Assembly: GCA_964016885.1 (NCBI GenBank)
Contig: OZ024749.1
Span: forward strand, 50,902,001-50,966,000
From: Eledone cirrhosa
Lineage: Eukaryota
DNA length: 64,000 nucleotides
Reading direction: 5' to 3'
Part shown: positions 62,600 to 64,000 of the stretch, in pieces
Numbering within the stretch: the stretch's first letter is position 1
How the letters are laid out: every line of letters begins with the position of its first letter
Program-made: the position numbers and the translations under genes
The notes under the pieces: model-generated
What the model was told of the DNA's origin: nothing
Seen by the model: the letters and a program-made list of their open reading frames with translations, nothing else
Database searches by the model: none

Positions 62600-63017
62600 T
62601 TTTTTTGACGTTAGAATATTCATCCGCAATCATTATTATTTTTTCTCTCCATCATCAAACTTTTTAATCTCAATACATTAACTCCCTCTCCTTCTTTTGA
62701 CGCTAGAATATTCATCCTTAATTTATTATTTTTTTCTCCCCATCATCTAACTCATTCTTAATACATATTAACTCTTTCTTCGCACATATTATCAATTCCT
62801 TCAATATACAAACCTTAACTTCACATTATTTTTCTAAAATCCTTCAACACACAAACCTTAATCATTTTTTTCTCTTCGTTAATTTTGAAATTGCCATAAT
62901 ACTTATAAACATACACCTTTTTTTTTTTTTTGACGTTAGAATATTCATCCGCAATTATTATTTTTTTCTCTCTATCTTCAAACCTTTTAATCTCAATACA
63001 TATCAACTCCCTCTCTT
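62600..63017. repeat. Three dispersed units of about 90 bp (tttttgacg.tagaatattcatcc...) near 62600, 62695 and 62926
   Basis: Seen directly. Confidence 0.8.
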
Positions 63018-63460
63018 TCCTCGTACATATTTTCCCCTTCGTTAATTTTCAAATTCTTTTAATTTATACATTATCTTCCAACGGTTTTCAACCTCTCTAT
63101 GTAAAACAATATATCTTTTCTCAGTTATAAAAACTATCTCTTTCTCTCTATCACCCATCTCTCCCTCTCCACCTTCATTCTCATCTCCTCCCCTTTTTTG
63201 ATCCTTTACACCCCCCCTCTCTAAATAAAATATTTTTTCCTCGTACATATTTTTCCCTTCGTTAATTTTCAAATTCTTTTAATTTATACATTATCTTCCA
63301 ACGGTTTTCAACCTCTCTATGTAAAACAATATATCTTCTCTCAGTTATAAAAACTATCTCTTTCTCTCTATCACCCATCTCTCTCTCTCCACCTTCACTC
63401 TCATCTCCTCCCCTTTTTTCATCCTGTCCACCCCCCCTCTCTATATAAAATATTTTTCCC
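63018..63460. repeat. 220-bp tandem duplication, two near-identical units
   Basis: tcgtacatat occurs at 63021 and 63241; the minus-strand ORFs 63042 and 63262 repeat each other. Confidence 0.95.
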
Positions 63461-63552
63461 AATATCACACATCAATCTAAAACTACTTTTCATATGTTGA
63501 TTTAAAACTGCACTATCCACAAGTGTGTTTTAGCCTTCATATCATGTCCTCC

Positions 63553-63623
63553 TGTTTTATCTGATGAAAACACAAATATTATTGCATGATGATGTTTGTT
63601 TTTGAAATGCGCATAATAAAATA
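63553..63623 (+). ncRNA. Minimal type I hammerhead ribozyme, family A
   Basis: tgttttat-CTGATGA-stem II-GAAA-tgcgca-TA-ataaaata. Differences from the 4443 copy keep pairing through G-U. Confidence 0.85.
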
Positions 63624-63759
63624 CATGGAACTCCTTTAACCATCTTTTGATCTTATATATTATATATGTATATATATATGTATAAAGCCTCAGTTAATTA
63701 GTATATTTTCGTCACCTTTCGCATTTACTCGTATATATATATATATGTTTATGTGAAGA

Positions 63760-64000
63760 ATGGTAGGGGATAGGGAGAGGGTGATGGATTCTGCCTATAT
63801 GGCGCGGCGACCTTAAAGCTGTGCTCCACGGCCAAGATCGCAAACGCATTCCCGTGGAGAATGGCTACCACCACCCTATGCAACAGCCACCCATTCTTAC
63901 GGGGCTCCTTCCTTAGACAATCTGTTGTGGTCCTGATATTATAGAGGAGCTCGGCAGTACGGGGTCGAAGTCCGTCTGTGGTCTCGACGGTGACCTGTGT
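63760..64000. mobile_element. GC-richer unclassified repeat, possibly LINE-derived, truncated by the window end
   Basis: Abrupt compositional shift. The minus strand near the end (ggtcaccgtc gagaccaca gacggac) resembles an RTE 3' stem-loop. Confidence 0.3.

Larger units (their letters stand above)
62015..63662 (+). mobile_element. 5'-truncated Penelope-like element, family A: GIY-YIG end, repetitive pyrimidine-rich 3' region of about 1.05 kb, pLTR with hammerhead
   Basis: Bounded by TA repeats on both sides, with the endonuclease ORF end at the left and the family A sequence at 63490-63662. Confidence 0.8.

Overview
This is an AT-rich, microsatellite-saturated, apparently non-coding (intronic or intergenic) eukaryotic window. 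Its SINE and LINE content resembles an octopus or other coleoid cephalopod genome; that assignment is inference and was not searched. No intact host gene is supported, and almost all listed ORFs are translations of (TA)n, (CA)n or triplet repeats. The main signal is a set of at least five unrelated short element families, which I label A-E (plus candidate F). Each carries a type I hammerhead ribozyme motif (stem I-CUGANGA-stem II-GAAA-short palindromic stem III-UH-stem I), sits in or beside (TA)n arrays, and occurs at least once as a head-to-head inverted pair with one ribozyme per strand. Families A and E are physically linked to decayed C-terminal GIY-YIG endonuclease sequence, which identifies them as pseudo-LTRs of Penelope-like elements (PLEs). 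Family C has a compensatory U3-A8 core variant, and family D shows stem I covariation between copies. The window also holds bipartite RTE-derived elements with (TA)n tails, a Dong/R4 3' end in (TAA)n, an RTE RT fragment, two tRNA-derived SINE groups and small MITEs. All alignments and folds were done by eye, and coordinates may be off by a few bases.
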